IMG/VR virus record: IMGVR_UViG_3300035491_000281
Reading direction: 5' to 3' (one strand)
DNA from: a virus
Lineage: Duplodnaviria; Caudoviricetes
Length of the DNA stretch: 64,000 bases
This document shows, piece after piece, positions 46,054 to 56,340 of this stretch. Made by a program: the position numbers and the translations under genes. Position 1 is the first letter of the stretch; each line of letters opens with the position of its first letter. The notes below the pieces were generated by a model. It made no database searches. It was not told the origin of the DNA and worked only from the letters and a program-made list of their open reading frames with translations.

Positions 46054-48219
46054 ATGGAAAATCCATTTATTCTGCCGAATGAGGCGTACGAACGCGACCT
46101 TAACGTGGTCGCGGCCTATCAGCACGACGCTGCCAAATACCTCGCCCTACGTACCGGACAGCCGATCGAGGTCTGTCTGGATTATGTCAGGCAGGTGACC
46201 CACCCCGGACAGCCCACCGGGTTCAAGGACCCCAAGGCACTGGTGCTAGTCAAGAACAAACAAGGCGACCGTGAAGCCACCACCATGTCCTTCATGCGGT
46301 TTTTGGGACGGGTCAACAAAGAAAAGTTACTCTTGTCGCCGAGCATGGCGGCATACCTGCCGGAGCAGTACCGACAGTCAACCCACGCCCAGTACATTGA
46401 AGAAGGGGTGAAAAACCGGAAGCGGGTGAAGGGGGAAATGTTCGACGCCGAACGCGATATGGCCGCGGCCATCGCCGCTGGCAACGACGCACTGGCGGCG
46501 CAGAAAAAAGAATTGGCGATGGTCAAGAAGGGTGAGCAGAACAACCTGAAGATCAACAACAACTCCTACTCTGGCGCCACGGTGTCGACTGCTACCATCC
46601 TTTATTACAAGTCGACCCACAGCTCGTTGACCTCGACCTGTCGTACTGCGACGTCCTATGCCAACGCCTCGAACGAGAAGTTCCTGGCCGGGAATCGGCA
46701 CTACTACGACCCAGAGATCACCAAGGCCAACCTGCTGGCGTTGATCAGTGCGGCCGATCTCGGTAAGGTCCAGCAGACCTGCGACACCTTCGGCCTGGTC
46801 TATCCCAGCGCAGACCAAGTCGTGGAAATGGTGCGCCACTCCAGCGATCTGTATTGGCAGGGCGAGACCCACCTGCAGGCGATTGCCCAGATGGCGGCGA
46901 ACATGACACCGGTTGAGCGGGCGGCGGTGGTCTACATCTCCGACCTCTACCACCTGCACAAGTTCAACCCGGAGTTCACTGTCAACTTCCTGATGGAACT
47001 GTCCCAACCAGGTGAGGCCTCGGCGGGGGTGTCCGAAGACGAGTTCAAAGCTTACGACGAGGATATCCGGCTGTTGGCCAACTTCATCAACTACGACGTG
47101 GTTGGTGGTCGCGACAAAAAGGCCTTGCTGGCCGAGGCGCCGGAGGTGTACGAACAGATCAAAGCCACCGCGCGCCGGGCGGTGGAAACGCTCAATCGCT
47201 ACCGTGGCTTGATCGAAGCCTTTTGGCTGACCCGCTCGGTGCCCAGTTCGGTGCATGCTTTCCCCAGCGCCTACCGGAAAGCGGCGGTGATCTCGGACAC
47301 TGACTCGACCATGTTCACCATGCAATACTGGGTGGAACAGTGCTTTGGCAATGTCAGCTTCTCGGCCCCGGCGAAACGAGTGGTGTTTGCGGTGGTGTTC
47401 CTGGTCAGTGAGATGGTGCTGCATATCCTCGCGATCCAGTCGGCCAACATGGGGGTGACCAAAAAGCTCCGTTTGCTGGCGATGAAGAACGAGTTCTACT
47501 TTGCGGTACTCTCGATGACCACCCGCTCCAAGCATTACTACGCGTCGCGAGATGCGCAGGAAGGCTTGATGAAGGCTCGCGCTGAGCTGGAAGTCAAAGG
47601 TGTGGGGCTGCGGGATTCAAAAGTTCCGAAGCGCATCAACGACACGGCCAAGGAAATGATGGAGGAGATCATCGCCACCATCAAAGCCGAGCAGGAATTG
47701 GATATGCGTGACATCCTCAAGCGTATCGCCGACATCGAACGCGAGATCATTGCCAGTATCAACAACGGTAGCTACGAGTACATGACCACCGGGCAGGTCA
47801 AGGCCAAGGAGTCGTACAAGAACGAAGATAACGCTACGTATCAACAGTACGAGATGTGGCGTGATGTCTTCGCTCCGTATCTGGGCATGACCAAAGAGCC
47901 GCCGTATTCGGTGGTGAAGGTCTCGTTGGCGGTGAATAACCGCACCGAGCTGGACGAGTGGTGTGTGCGGATGAACAACCCCTACCTGGCCAACAAACTC
48001 AAGGAGTGGATGCTGGCTAAGAAGCGTAAGGACCTCAGTACGTTGCTGATTCCTTACACGGTGGTGGAGACGTCGGGAATCCCGAAAGAAATCGTCGCCG
48101 GGGTGGATATCCGCAAAATTATCTTCAACACCATGGGGGTGTTCTACCTGATGCTGGAATCCTTGGGGATCTTCATGCAGGATAAGAAAATCACCCGCCT
48201 GATCTCGGACTACTACTAA
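46054..48219 (+). CDS. Family B DNA polymerase, catalytic subunit (phiKZ gp50-like)
   Basis: Motif B KINNNSYSG, motif C ISDTDS, KHY and KGV; AAGGAG SD. Confidence 0.88.
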   Translation: MENPFILPNEAYERDLNVVAAYQHDAAKYLALRTGQPIEVCLDYVRQVTHPGQPTGFKDPKALVLVKNKQGDREATTMSFMRFLGRVNKEKLLLSPSMAAYLPEQYRQSTHAQYIEEGVKNRKRVKGEMFDAERDMAAAIAAGNDALAAQKKELAMVKKGEQNNLKINNNSYSGATVSTATILYYKSTHSSLTSTCRTATSYANASNEKFLAGNRHYYDPEITKANLLALISAADLGKVQQTCDTFGLVYPSADQVVEMVRHSSDLYWQGETHLQAIAQMAANMTPVERAAVVYISDLYHLHKFNPEFTVNFLMELSQPGEASAGVSEDEFKAYDEDIRLLANFINYDVVGGRDKKALLAEAPEVYEQIKATARRAVETLNRYRGLIEAFWLTRSVPSSVHAFPSAYRKAAVISDTDSTMFTMQYWVEQCFGNVSFSAPAKRVVFAVVFLVSEMVLHILAIQSANMGVTKKLRLLAMKNEFYFAVLSMTTRSKHYYASRDAQEGLMKARAELEVKGVGLRDSKVPKRINDTAKEMMEEIIATIKAEQELDMRDILKRIADIEREIIASINNGSYEYMTTGQVKAKESYKNEDNATYQQYEMWRDVFAPYLGMTKEPPYSVVKVSLAVNNRTELDEWCVRMNNPYLANKLKEWMLAKKRKDLSTLLIPYTVVETSGIPKEIVAGVDIRKIIFNTMGVFYLMLESLGIFMQDKKITRLISDYY

Positions 48220-48394
48220 CCGTAAACGCCGGAGGGTAGCCTCCGGCGTATGGGGGTGTTATTAAACTACGCTTTCCCTTTGGTCCCACAACCTTAAAAC
48301 CGCAGGGTTGGACCGGCCAGTACCCGCTGTACCAGCGACTGCGGGCAGTCGGTAAGTCGACTGCGTTACGTTTACCTCAAGCACGAGAACAACA

Positions 48395-48769
48395 ATGACA
48401 GAGAAACTACCGAATCAACAAACCACCTGGGCGGGCCTGTCGACTCAGGTCACCGATTTTGCTGTTTGGCGCGACGCTCAAACCACCCAGTACGCCAGCC
48501 GCTCGGCGGAGCTACTGGGCTACCTGCTACACGAGATCAATGCCGAGAGCCAGGACTTGCTGTTGTCCGATACTCCAGCGGTATCGGTGCTGCAGGTTAC
48601 CGGTATCCGCCCTCGGTTGCTGGAGCTGTACTACGCCTACCTCAGTATCACCCTCACTGATGATACGGTCCCGGCCGAACGGCTGGTGCGCGGGTACCGA
48701 CTGAATCGCAACCTACATCCGGACTACATCAAACGCACGCGCTGTCTGCGTGACATCCCCGCTGTGTAA
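48395..48769 (+). CDS. Hypothetical protein
   Basis: GAGA SD; 124 aa. Confidence 0.5.
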   Translation: MTEKLPNQQTTWAGLSTQVTDFAVWRDAQTTQYASRSAELLGYLLHEINAESQDLLLSDTPAVSVLQVTGIRPRLLELYYAYLSITLTDDTVPAERLVRGYRLNRNLHPDYIKRTRCLRDIPAV

Positions 48770-48799
48770 CAGCGGGCTTTATGCGCCATGGAGGCACGT

Positions 48800-49168
48800 A
48801 TGTCTATTGTTCATCTCAAAGGGGCGATTTACGGATACCTCACGCGATCGCCCTGTAACCTCGATCCGAACAACACTCAGGCGGTGCGTAAAGTTTGCGT
48901 TGAGATTGAGGAAAGCAAGGTCAGCACCATTGTCCACGGGGCCGAGCACGACCAAACCTTCACCTGTGAGGGTGGCGAAGTCGAATACGAGGCGTGGGAC
49001 TACTTGGTGGCGATGCGGGTAAAGACCGAACAGGTCAAGCGCATTAAGGTCAACATCACACCGGATCTGTTTCAGGTGGTGACCGAAGACGCCACCGACC
49101 GACCCAGCAATGTCTTCAATTACGAACAGAACCCGACCTACGGGGTTTGTTTTCCAGACTACGCCTGA
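48800..49168 (+). CDS. Hypothetical protein
   Basis: GGAGG SD before ATG 48800. Confidence 0.6.
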   Translation: MSIVHLKGAIYGYLTRSPCNLDPNNTQAVRKVCVEIEESKVSTIVHGAEHDQTFTCEGGEVEYEAWDYLVAMRVKTEQVKRIKVNITPDLFQVVTEDATDRPSNVFNYEQNPTYGVCFPDYA

Positions 49169-49201
49169 CGGCATAACGGAGGCCCCACTGGGGCCTCCGG
49201 C

Positions 49202-50299
49202 TTATGTCCACCCTTGTTTTTTCTCTTCCAGCAGGGCCACTAGGCCCCGCAACTGCTGCCGGTAGTGCTTGACTATCTCTGGCGAACCTACGCCAGCAAA
49301 GACCTGATCATACCCGGCTTCCATCAGCGAGGTGTAGAGCTCGTTCAGGTACTGCCGATCGCCCCGCTCCCCACGTACGGCGGTTTCGATCAAGTAACGC
49401 ACGTAGGGCAGTCGGGCGAGTTGCAGTGCCCACTCGTTGGCCCGCGTCACTGGGTCCTTCGGTAGCCGGAGAACGTCCCAGAGCCGGTCTTGCACCAGCA
49501 TGGGGGTGGTGGCCACCACCTGTTCTAAATCATCGCTACGGCGCTCCTGGCTGGCCAGGATCTTCTGACAGAGCAGGTCTACCCGCCCAGAGAAATCCGT
49601 CAGGTAAAACGGATGCGGTGTGGGAAAGCGACTCATGCCGATACCCTGTGCTTGTCGCGCTAGCCGATTGAACATCGCGATGTCCAGATAGCTGTCAATG
49701 GTGTTGGGTAACACCACCCCGCCAATAAAGCGGTACACGCTTTCTTTCTGCTCGAAGCGTTCCTTCTGTTGCTGTAACCAGTAACGGTACTGCAGGGCGA
49801 GCATCGGAATGTCCAGCACCGCCACCCCATAACCTTTCCCGGGTGTGGTGTTGTTGGGGATCGGCATACCCAGATCGGTGCGGGTGTGGTACAGGTAACG
49901 ATAGGCCGCCCAGTTGCGCCAATCCCGTTTGGCATTGTTAACGTCCACCACCCCGTAGGAGACTAGCACCACCTCATCGGTTTTACTGCCTAGGGTCACC
50001 CCACCTTCGTGCACCTTCCCGCGGTAGGTACTGGAGGTGAGACCAAACGCCCGCGCCACCCCCTGTGCGGTGTCTTCTACGAAACGCAAATACCGGCGGT
50101 CGTCGAGATCAGTCCGTTGGGGTATATGGAGCAGCAGATTACCCAACAGGTTGTCCGCATCCACCCGCTTAGGAAAGCGGCGGTAGTACGCCTTCACGTC
50201 GTCCAGCTGTTGGGCAAACGACCGACGCAGGTACGGCAATTCTGGAAAGGTCAGTTCGCCGGTAAACCGTCGGGCCGGCTGACGAAACAGATCGTACAT
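49202..50299 (-). CDS. Conserved virion protein (phiKZ gp52-like)
   Basis: ~366 aa; IPMLALQYR.W; position two genes before chmA. Confidence 0.6.
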   Translation of the reverse strand: MYDLFRQPARRFTGELTFPELPYLRRSFAQQLDDVKAYYRRFPKRVDADNLLGNLLLHIPQRTDLDDRRYLRFVEDTAQGVARAFGLTSSTYRGKVHEGGVTLGSKTDEVVLVSYGVVDVNNAKRDWRNWAAYRYLYHTRTDLGMPIPNNTTPGKGYGVAVLDIPMLALQYRYWLQQQKERFEQKESVYRFIGGVVLPNTIDSYLDIAMFNRLARQAQGIGMSRFPTPHPFYLTDFSGRVDLLCQKILASQERRSDDLEQVVATTPMLVQDRLWDVLRLPKDPVTRANEWALQLARLPYVRYLIETAVRGERGDRQYLNELYTSLMEAGYDQVFAGVGSPEIVKHYRQQLRGLVALLEEKKQGWT

Positions 50300-50384
50300 G
50301 TGGGGTACCTGCAATACAAAGGGAATGAGATCTATATTATCGGTTTGGTATCTGTCCCCCACTACTCTATTAAAGGAGAGTCCC

Positions 50385-50951
50385 ATGGAGAATGTTACCT
50401 TAACGCAAGTGCGCGAAGCGATCCAGCATATGCAGGCGGTCGAGCGCGCCCTCATGTTGGGTGTCCATCAACCGGTGGCTGGCTTTAATGCCAACGACCT
50501 ACTCAAAGACCACCGTAAGGAAGACAAGCGCTGGGAGGTTACCCAGGAGCCGCCGCAGTTGGTGGCACAGCTGTCCTGGCGGGAAGACGGCGAGCCGGCC
50601 AGTATTGCCGGCATGCCCAAGCTGCCGCGCTTGAAGACACTCTTCCATGAGAAGGACGAAACCCTGTCGACCTTTGTTGGGCGGGTGGCTGACTTCATCC
50701 GCACGTTGGAAGACCAGCAGTCGGTGCTGTTGAACTTCGGTATCCACTACCAGCGGCGCAGCGCCCACCTCTCGGTGGTCGACGCCGAAGCCATTGTCAA
50801 TACCCGTCCCTTGACCCTGGACGAACGCAAAGAGATTTACGCAGCGACCGCTACCCAACCGGCCGACTTCAGTCAGCTGGACGACGAACAAGCTCACGCC
50901 GTGTTGGATGCCGCCGGCATTCCCACCCATGGGCCGAACACTGAGAAATAA
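50385..50951 (+). CDS. Hypothetical protein
   Basis: AAAGGAGAG SD before ATG 50385. Confidence 0.6.
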   Translation: MENVTLTQVREAIQHMQAVERALMLGVHQPVAGFNANDLLKDHRKEDKRWEVTQEPPQLVAQLSWREDGEPASIAGMPKLPRLKTLFHEKDETLSTFVGRVADFIRTLEDQQSVLLNFGIHYQRRSAHLSVVDAEAIVNTRPLTLDERKEIYAATATQPADFSQLDDEQAHAVLDAAGIPTHGPNTEK

Positions 50952-51081
50952 CTAAAACTTTTACTCAGTGTGTAATAGTATAGCGAGGGTATACATCCTC
51001 ACAACTCGATGCCGCGACATCGGGTCCGTCCCCTATGCCCGTATGTTCAAGCAGGTGGGTTTCCGGTTGATTGAAAAAAAC

Positions 51082-51097
51082 TTGAAAACCATATCAC
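51082..51097 (+). promoter_or_regulatory. Candidate early promoter of chmA
   Basis: TTGAAAACCATATCAC about 80 nt upstream of chmA. Confidence 0.55.
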
Positions 51098-51178
51098 TTG
51101 GGTGAGCATGCATCGAGCATTGCACCAATGAGATCGCGCGAATCTCACAACCACCATCACTGTAAAAGGTATTGAAAG

Positions 51179-53068
51179 ATGGCCGTTAACGACCGTAATG
51201 AGCAGAACCAATCCACCACCCAGCAGGCCGCTCCGCAAGCGCAGCCGCAACAGCCGTACGCTAGCCAGGCCGGTGTCGGCGCCGGCGTAGGTCAGCCGCA
51301 CGTCGGCATGGGTAACATCAACCAGGTCCTGCGTCGCAGCGGCACCTACGACAGCAGCGAGACCCACAGCGCCGAAGCCCTGCGTGGTCTGAAGGAAGCG
51401 GCCCGCCAGGCCCTCGAAGCCCAGCGTCTGACCGACGACTTCGAACTGATCCGCTTCGACCGCGACGCCAACCGCGTTGGTCTGAGTGCCATCCTGGTGA
51501 CCAAGTTCGTCAAGAGCTCGGGCACCGTTTACGCCGCCGTGCGTACCCTGCTGCTGGATTCCGAAGGCGTGCGCCTGAAGCCGAAGGTTGAGCAGTACGG
51601 CGCTCAGCGTATCGAACTGCCGACTCGCCCGCAGGACGTGTTCAACGACGTCTACTGGGGTCGCCTCACCGACTTCCTGCGTCGTCAGCGTGGCATGAAC
51701 GACCTGGTGGTCGTCGACGCCGGCCCGCTGGTCGTGCCGACCGACTTCGACTTCAAGGACGAGCTGGCCACCAGCCGCCTGCTGATCACCAGCGTCAACC
51801 GCTGCGATGACATCAAGGCCAAGGTGCAGGGCGAAGTACCGTTCAACGCCGCTCAAGTCAAGCGTGCCGATGAGCGCCTGACCGCGCGCATCGACCTGAC
51901 TGGCGAGCCGAGCTACAACGTCGTCGGTGAGCCGGTACGTTCCGACATCCTGATCAACATGAACCGCACCAGCGCCCAGGCGTCCCAGGAGGAGGACTAC
52001 TACGAGCGTGAAACGCAGTTCAACTCCGTGGCCGGTTTCGTCAACCTGGAATACACCCCGGCACCGGTGGTGCAGCAGGTTCCGGGCTGGGGTCAGCAGC
52101 CGCAGGGTCCGCAGCCTATCTTTACGCCCACTTTCGTCATCACTGACGTGAGCCAGGCGGACTGGATTCAGGCCCAGACTCCTGAGCTGTACTGGCTGGC
52201 ACTCTCCAACGCCTACCGCGTCACTGCCGGCACCCAGTGGGTGAAGGCGTTCCTGCCGCAAGTGGGCCGCAAGGGTGTTGACCCGCGCGACATCGGCGCT
52301 CTGGGCTACCTGACCCAGGCCGGTGCCAAGATCGAGACCAAGTCCGACTCCTTCACGGAGCAGGACTTCATCGAACTCATGGGCGCGCTGGTCAAGCCGC
52401 AGCCGAGCTTCCTGATCGACGTCAATCCGGTCGGCGACCATGCTGCTATCGAGAACTACCTGATCGATGCGGCGTTCGAAGGTCCCAACCAGGCCAAGGC
52501 GATCCAGAAGCTGATCCAGGCAGCCGACAACCTCACCGGTGGTCGTTTCAGCGCGCACTTCAATGCGCGTGAGAACGCCCTGGTCGTTCCGTACGGTCAG
52601 GAAATCCACCTGGGTCACTACATCGGCGAAGACGGCGAGAAGCGCGACATCCGCGACCTCGACGTGCTGGCAATGCTGAACCTGACTCAGGGTAACGTCG
52701 GTGACTTCATGGAGTGGTACCGCACCCTGTGCGACACCTCCATCCCGCATGCCCTGCGCCTGCAGCAGCGTGAGCGTTTCGAGCGTCAGTTCCTCAGCAA
52801 GTCGCTGAAGATCACTGGTCGCGCGGTGCGCCTGCTGTTCACTCCGCAGTGCATCGAGGCTCTGGATCTGGCCACTCGCGAAGCCGGCGTCACTGTCGAC
52901 TTCGAGAACATGACCAGCATCATGGGCGGTCAGCGCTTCACCGGCAACACCATGGTCGGTCAGTACACCGTCAGCCGCAGCGCCAACATGGGCTACGGTC
53001 AGCCGGCCGGTGCCAGCTACAACCCCGCTGCCTACGGTGGCGTGACTGGTAGCGGTCGCCTGTACTGA
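51179..53068 (+). CDS. chmA: Chimallin, major phage nuclear shell protein
   Basis: 629 aa with disordered N- and C-termini and strong codon bias; immediately upstream of the nvRNAP beta-prime gene; followed by a strong terminator. Confidence 0.85.
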   Translation: MAVNDRNEQNQSTTQQAAPQAQPQQPYASQAGVGAGVGQPHVGMGNINQVLRRSGTYDSSETHSAEALRGLKEAARQALEAQRLTDDFELIRFDRDANRVGLSAILVTKFVKSSGTVYAAVRTLLLDSEGVRLKPKVEQYGAQRIELPTRPQDVFNDVYWGRLTDFLRRQRGMNDLVVVDAGPLVVPTDFDFKDELATSRLLITSVNRCDDIKAKVQGEVPFNAAQVKRADERLTARIDLTGEPSYNVVGEPVRSDILINMNRTSAQASQEEDYYERETQFNSVAGFVNLEYTPAPVVQQVPGWGQQPQGPQPIFTPTFVITDVSQADWIQAQTPELYWLALSNAYRVTAGTQWVKAFLPQVGRKGVDPRDIGALGYLTQAGAKIETKSDSFTEQDFIELMGALVKPQPSFLIDVNPVGDHAAIENYLIDAAFEGPNQAKAIQKLIQAADNLTGGRFSAHFNARENALVVPYGQEIHLGHYIGEDGEKRDIRDLDVLAMLNLTQGNVGDFMEWYRTLCDTSIPHALRLQQRERFERQFLSKSLKITGRAVRLLFTPQCIEALDLATREAGVTVDFENMTSIMGGQRFTGNTMVGQYTVSRSANMGYGQPAGASYNPAAYGGVTGSGRLY

Positions 53069-53086
53069 GTGATCAGCCAGCGGTAG

Positions 53087-53118
53087 AGAGAGGAGCCTTC
53101 GGGCTCCTCTCTTTTTTT
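53087..53118 (+). terminator. Rho-independent terminator
   Basis: AGAGAGGAGCC-TTCG-GGCTCCTCTCT plus T-tract. Confidence 0.85.
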
Positions 53119-53151
53119 GTTCCGTTTACCCTTTCGAAGAGCGAGAAACAG

Positions 53152-54600
53152 ATGGGTATTTATGCAGAGCTCGTTGACTTCGACGATGAATTTGCGCAGT
53201 TGGATATCGAACCGATTGTGGTCAACGACTACAACACGAGTATCCCTGAGGAAAAAGCGGCCTTAGATCGCCACCTCTTCACCCATTACCAAGACACCGA
53301 CACCATCGAGCATTCCGCGTCCTGTGACTGCGGCACCCTGACTGGGGTGTACAGCATCGGGGTTAAGTGCACGGTCTGTAACAGCGTGGTGCAGGGTACC
53401 ACTGACAAACCAATCGAGTCGATTCTGTGGATCAGAGCTCCTGAGGGCGTGCGGGGATTGTTCAATCCCGAGGCCTGGATGATTCTGGAACCGGTGCTGA
53501 AGGTCAAGGACTTCAACTTCCTGGAATACATGACCAACACCGGCTACCGCTTCGAGCAGGACCGGATCGTCTCTAAGGAAACCCTTCGTAAGATCGACAA
53601 GTTGCAAGCACGCAATTTCCAGCGTGGCTACAACTACTTCATCGAGCACTTCGATGAGATTATGGAGTTCTTCTTCAACTCCGGGATTGTCGATTCTAAC
53701 AAGGCCAACAAAACCGAACTGTGGTTGTTCATTCAACAGAACAAACATAAGTTCTTCCCCAAACACCTACCGATCCCCTCGCGGATCTGCTTCGTGGTGG
53801 AATCCACCACCTCGGGCGTGTACATCGACAAGCCGTTGGGTCTGGCGATGGATGCGGTGCTAACCATGGCCAGCATTCGGTCCACGGCGTATCCGCTGAA
53901 GTCGATCGTGATCCAGAATCGAGTGGCCAAAACCATTCGCGAACTGGCCAGGTTCTACGACACCTACACCAAGCAACGTCTGTCGAAGAAACCCGGGATC
54001 TATCGTCGCCATGTGTTCGGCTCACGCTTGCATTTCAGTGGTCGTGCGGTGATCTCCAGTATCAGCGACCCGCACGACTACGATGAACTGCATATCCCTT
54101 GGGGGATGGCTGCCCAGTTGTTCAAGTACCATTTGATCAACAAGCTGCTCAAGCGTGGCTACACCGCCAACGCCGCGTTGGAATTTATCTACAGTCATGT
54201 ACTGCAGTACAATGCGCTGTTGGATGAATTGTTCCGAGAACTGATTGCGGAAGCACCGCAGGGTGGGATACCCTGTATGTTTCAGCGAAATCCCACACTC
54301 CAGCGTGGCTCCACTCAGCAGTTCCGGATCACCAAGGTCAACACCAACATTCACGAGAACACCGTGGCCATGTCGGTGATGTGCCTGCGTGCCCCTAACG
54401 CGGACTTCGACGGCGACCAGCTCAATCTCATCCTGATCCTGGACAATGAACTGCGGGCAGCGACCAGTCGCCTGGCGCCCCACCTCTGGGTGATGTCGCC
54501 GGACGACCCGCACGAGCTATCCGGTAACCTGGAGTTGCAGGGTCCGGTGGTGGATACGGTGGTCAGTTGGCTGCACGCAGATTACTTACCTGAAACTTAA
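53152..54600 (+). CDS. Non-virion RNA polymerase beta-prime N-terminal subunit (phiKZ gp55-like)
   Basis: Zn ribbon CDCG...CTVC, RLHFSGRAVI, RNPTL, catalytic NADFDGD. Confidence 0.92.
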   Translation: MGIYAELVDFDDEFAQLDIEPIVVNDYNTSIPEEKAALDRHLFTHYQDTDTIEHSASCDCGTLTGVYSIGVKCTVCNSVVQGTTDKPIESILWIRAPEGVRGLFNPEAWMILEPVLKVKDFNFLEYMTNTGYRFEQDRIVSKETLRKIDKLQARNFQRGYNYFIEHFDEIMEFFFNSGIVDSNKANKTELWLFIQQNKHKFFPKHLPIPSRICFVVESTTSGVYIDKPLGLAMDAVLTMASIRSTAYPLKSIVIQNRVAKTIRELARFYDTYTKQRLSKKPGIYRRHVFGSRLHFSGRAVISSISDPHDYDELHIPWGMAAQLFKYHLINKLLKRGYTANAALEFIYSHVLQYNALLDELFRELIAEAPQGGIPCMFQRNPTLQRGSTQQFRITKVNTNIHENTVAMSVMCLRAPNADFDGDQLNLILILDNELRAATSRLAPHLWVMSPDDPHELSGNLELQGPVVDTVVSWLHADYLPET

Positions 54601-54609
54601 GGAGGGCGT

Positions 54610-55233
54610 ATGGCCACCTATGTACAAGGCGGCGCCGACCTGATCGACGCATTGGGTGGCGGCCTGCCGGACGAGTCCACGAAACAGTGGTTTGCCCAGC
54701 ACACACAAGCGGTGACCCAAACCCTGAGTGCTACCGGTCAGGCCTTCTTCGAGCGGGCTCGGACGATGTACCAGACCATCTCCGAAAGCCAGGCATTGCA
54801 GATGCTGCGGAACCTGCGCAACAAGATGGACGATGTTTGGTCAGGTAACAAGATCCAACCGCTACAGACCCTGGCGGCACTGCAGACCGCCGGGCCAATC
54901 ATGCAGCGGTGGGTGATGGCCGAACCTACACTGCGGGCGCGTTACCTGAACCAGGAAGTGGAAGGTTATGGCGAGAACTATACCAACTACCACGGCGATG
55001 CGGTCGGTGAGAGTCATTTTGACTACCGTCGGGTGATGAACGGAGTGGTGGTCGTGCCGGAAGACGATTCCAAAGAATTTGTCCTGCGGCATTACTACGA
55101 TCCGCTCAGCGACGATGAGCGAGAGCTCACGCTGTACGAGAAGATCGATATCCTCAACACCTGGGATCTGGTCAAGAGCCTACTGGAGGAGGGAGGTGAA
55201 GACCCCACTAGCCAGTACGGCGCCATGTTGTAA
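54610..55233 (+). CDS. Conserved Chimalliviridae core-block hypothetical protein
   Basis: AAGGAGGG SD; MQRWVMAEP..R, GY...Y, YRRVMNG. Confidence 0.65.
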   Translation: MATYVQGGADLIDALGGGLPDESTKQWFAQHTQAVTQTLSATGQAFFERARTMYQTISESQALQMLRNLRNKMDDVWSGNKIQPLQTLAALQTAGPIMQRWVMAEPTLRARYLNQEVEGYGENYTNYHGDAVGESHFDYRRVMNGVVVVPEDDSKEFVLRHYYDPLSDDERELTLYEKIDILNTWDLVKSLLEEGGEDPTSQYGAML

Positions 55234-55292
55234 CCCGGCGGGGGTGGGCTCCGGCCCACCTCCCTTATGCCCGTGGGTGGAATGAAATCACT

Positions 55293-55308
55293 TTGAGATC
55301 TATATCAC
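55293..55308 (+). promoter_or_regulatory. Candidate early promoter
   Basis: TTGAGATCTATATCAC after a hairpin element. Confidence 0.5.
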
Positions 55309-55410
55309 GTACGTAGTAACTTGGGTTACATCGTCGCTTTCTTTTAGATCCCTCTACTTCGGTAGAGGGGCTCTTTACTTGACTTTGTTTTTTCGCCGCG
55401 AGGGGATGCC

Positions 55411-55875
55411 ATGAGTGGTATAAGAATACGGGGACCAGCCAGTATTGGCCTGGAAATGGCCGAGGCCTTGGAGTTGTTCTTTGACGAAACCCCACCTCCC
55501 TTCGAGCAGGTGATACGGGAACAAGACCAGATCGAGGCGATCTGGCTCTGCCGGATATACCGCGGTAAGGGTGATCGCATGAAGTATCTCATCGACAGTC
55601 TACAGCAGCGGCTAGTGCCGACCGCTGCGGGGTCGATCCCGCGCTACGACATGTGTAAGGTTCTCTTTGACCTGCTGCATCAAGGAGTCTTCCGCTTTTG
55701 GTACTTGCAGTACACCGATCGGTTGGTCCGGGGTCCGGCGGTAAAACCCAAAGACCTCATCGCCCAGCTGAACATTCGTCTAGTCAAACACTCGCGTCCC
55801 GATCATCGATACTTGGAGTTGGGGGAGCTTAAAGCTGGATTGGCCACCCCGTATCCGTCACTGGCGTGCCACTAA
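55411..55875 (+). CDS. Hypothetical protein
   Basis: GAGGGG SD. Confidence 0.55.
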   Translation: MSGIRIRGPASIGLEMAEALELFFDETPPPFEQVIREQDQIEAIWLCRIYRGKGDRMKYLIDSLQQRLVPTAAGSIPRYDMCKVLFDLLHQGVFRFWYLQYTDRLVRGPAVKPKDLIAQLNIRLVKHSRPDHRYLELGELKAGLATPYPSLACH

Positions 55876-55930
55876 TCGCAACAGAAAAGTCTAGGGTTGG
55901 CGATAGTATGCTAACCAAGAGGAGACACCC

Positions 55931-56335
55931 ATGGGTACGTCGATTCCAACCTTGTCCAGCAAGGGCTGGGTCAAGACCATCGAGGAAAAGGGCGACTTTG
56001 CCCTGTCGTATTTCATCACCACCGAACAGTCGCAGTCGGTGCTCTACCAGGGTAAGCTGATTTCACTGCAGTACCTGGTCCAGCGTTACGGCAACGACGA
56101 GGTCACTCTTCAGGCCGAAGTAGGTAAAGCCCTGGAGCAGTTGATGCGCGGGTACTTTGGCGAGTCGGTTGATGCCGTGGTTGATGTGGCCGAAGCTGAC
56201 CCCAACAAACCCGGGCAGCTGACCATCACGTTCCGCTGTATTGTCCGTGAAGACGGGCGCGAGCATTCATTAGGGCGTCGAGTGCAGTTCCTGAACTCGA
56301 AGCTGGTTGACATCATCAAGATCAATAATGGGTAA
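55931..56335 (+). CDS. Conserved core protein (phiKZ gp62-like)
   Basis: PTLS..GWV, SQS.LY.G; GAGGAG SD. Confidence 0.6.
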   Translation: MGTSIPTLSSKGWVKTIEEKGDFALSYFITTEQSQSVLYQGKLISLQYLVQRYGNDEVTLQAEVGKALEQLMRGYFGESVDAVVDVAEADPNKPGQLTITFRCIVREDGREHSLGRRVQFLNSKLVDIIKINNG

Positions 56336-56340
56336 CTGTC

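Noticed and set aside
53152-54600. Group I intron or homing endonuclease in the nvRNAP gene, as in phiKZ
   Set aside because: The ORF is continuous from the Zn ribbon to NADFDGD, with no insertion
6884-55272. CRISPR array or REP-like mobile repeats
   Set aside because: Copies are dispersed one per gene junction with non-identical cores; no regular repeat-spacer periodicity, and no cas or transposase genes
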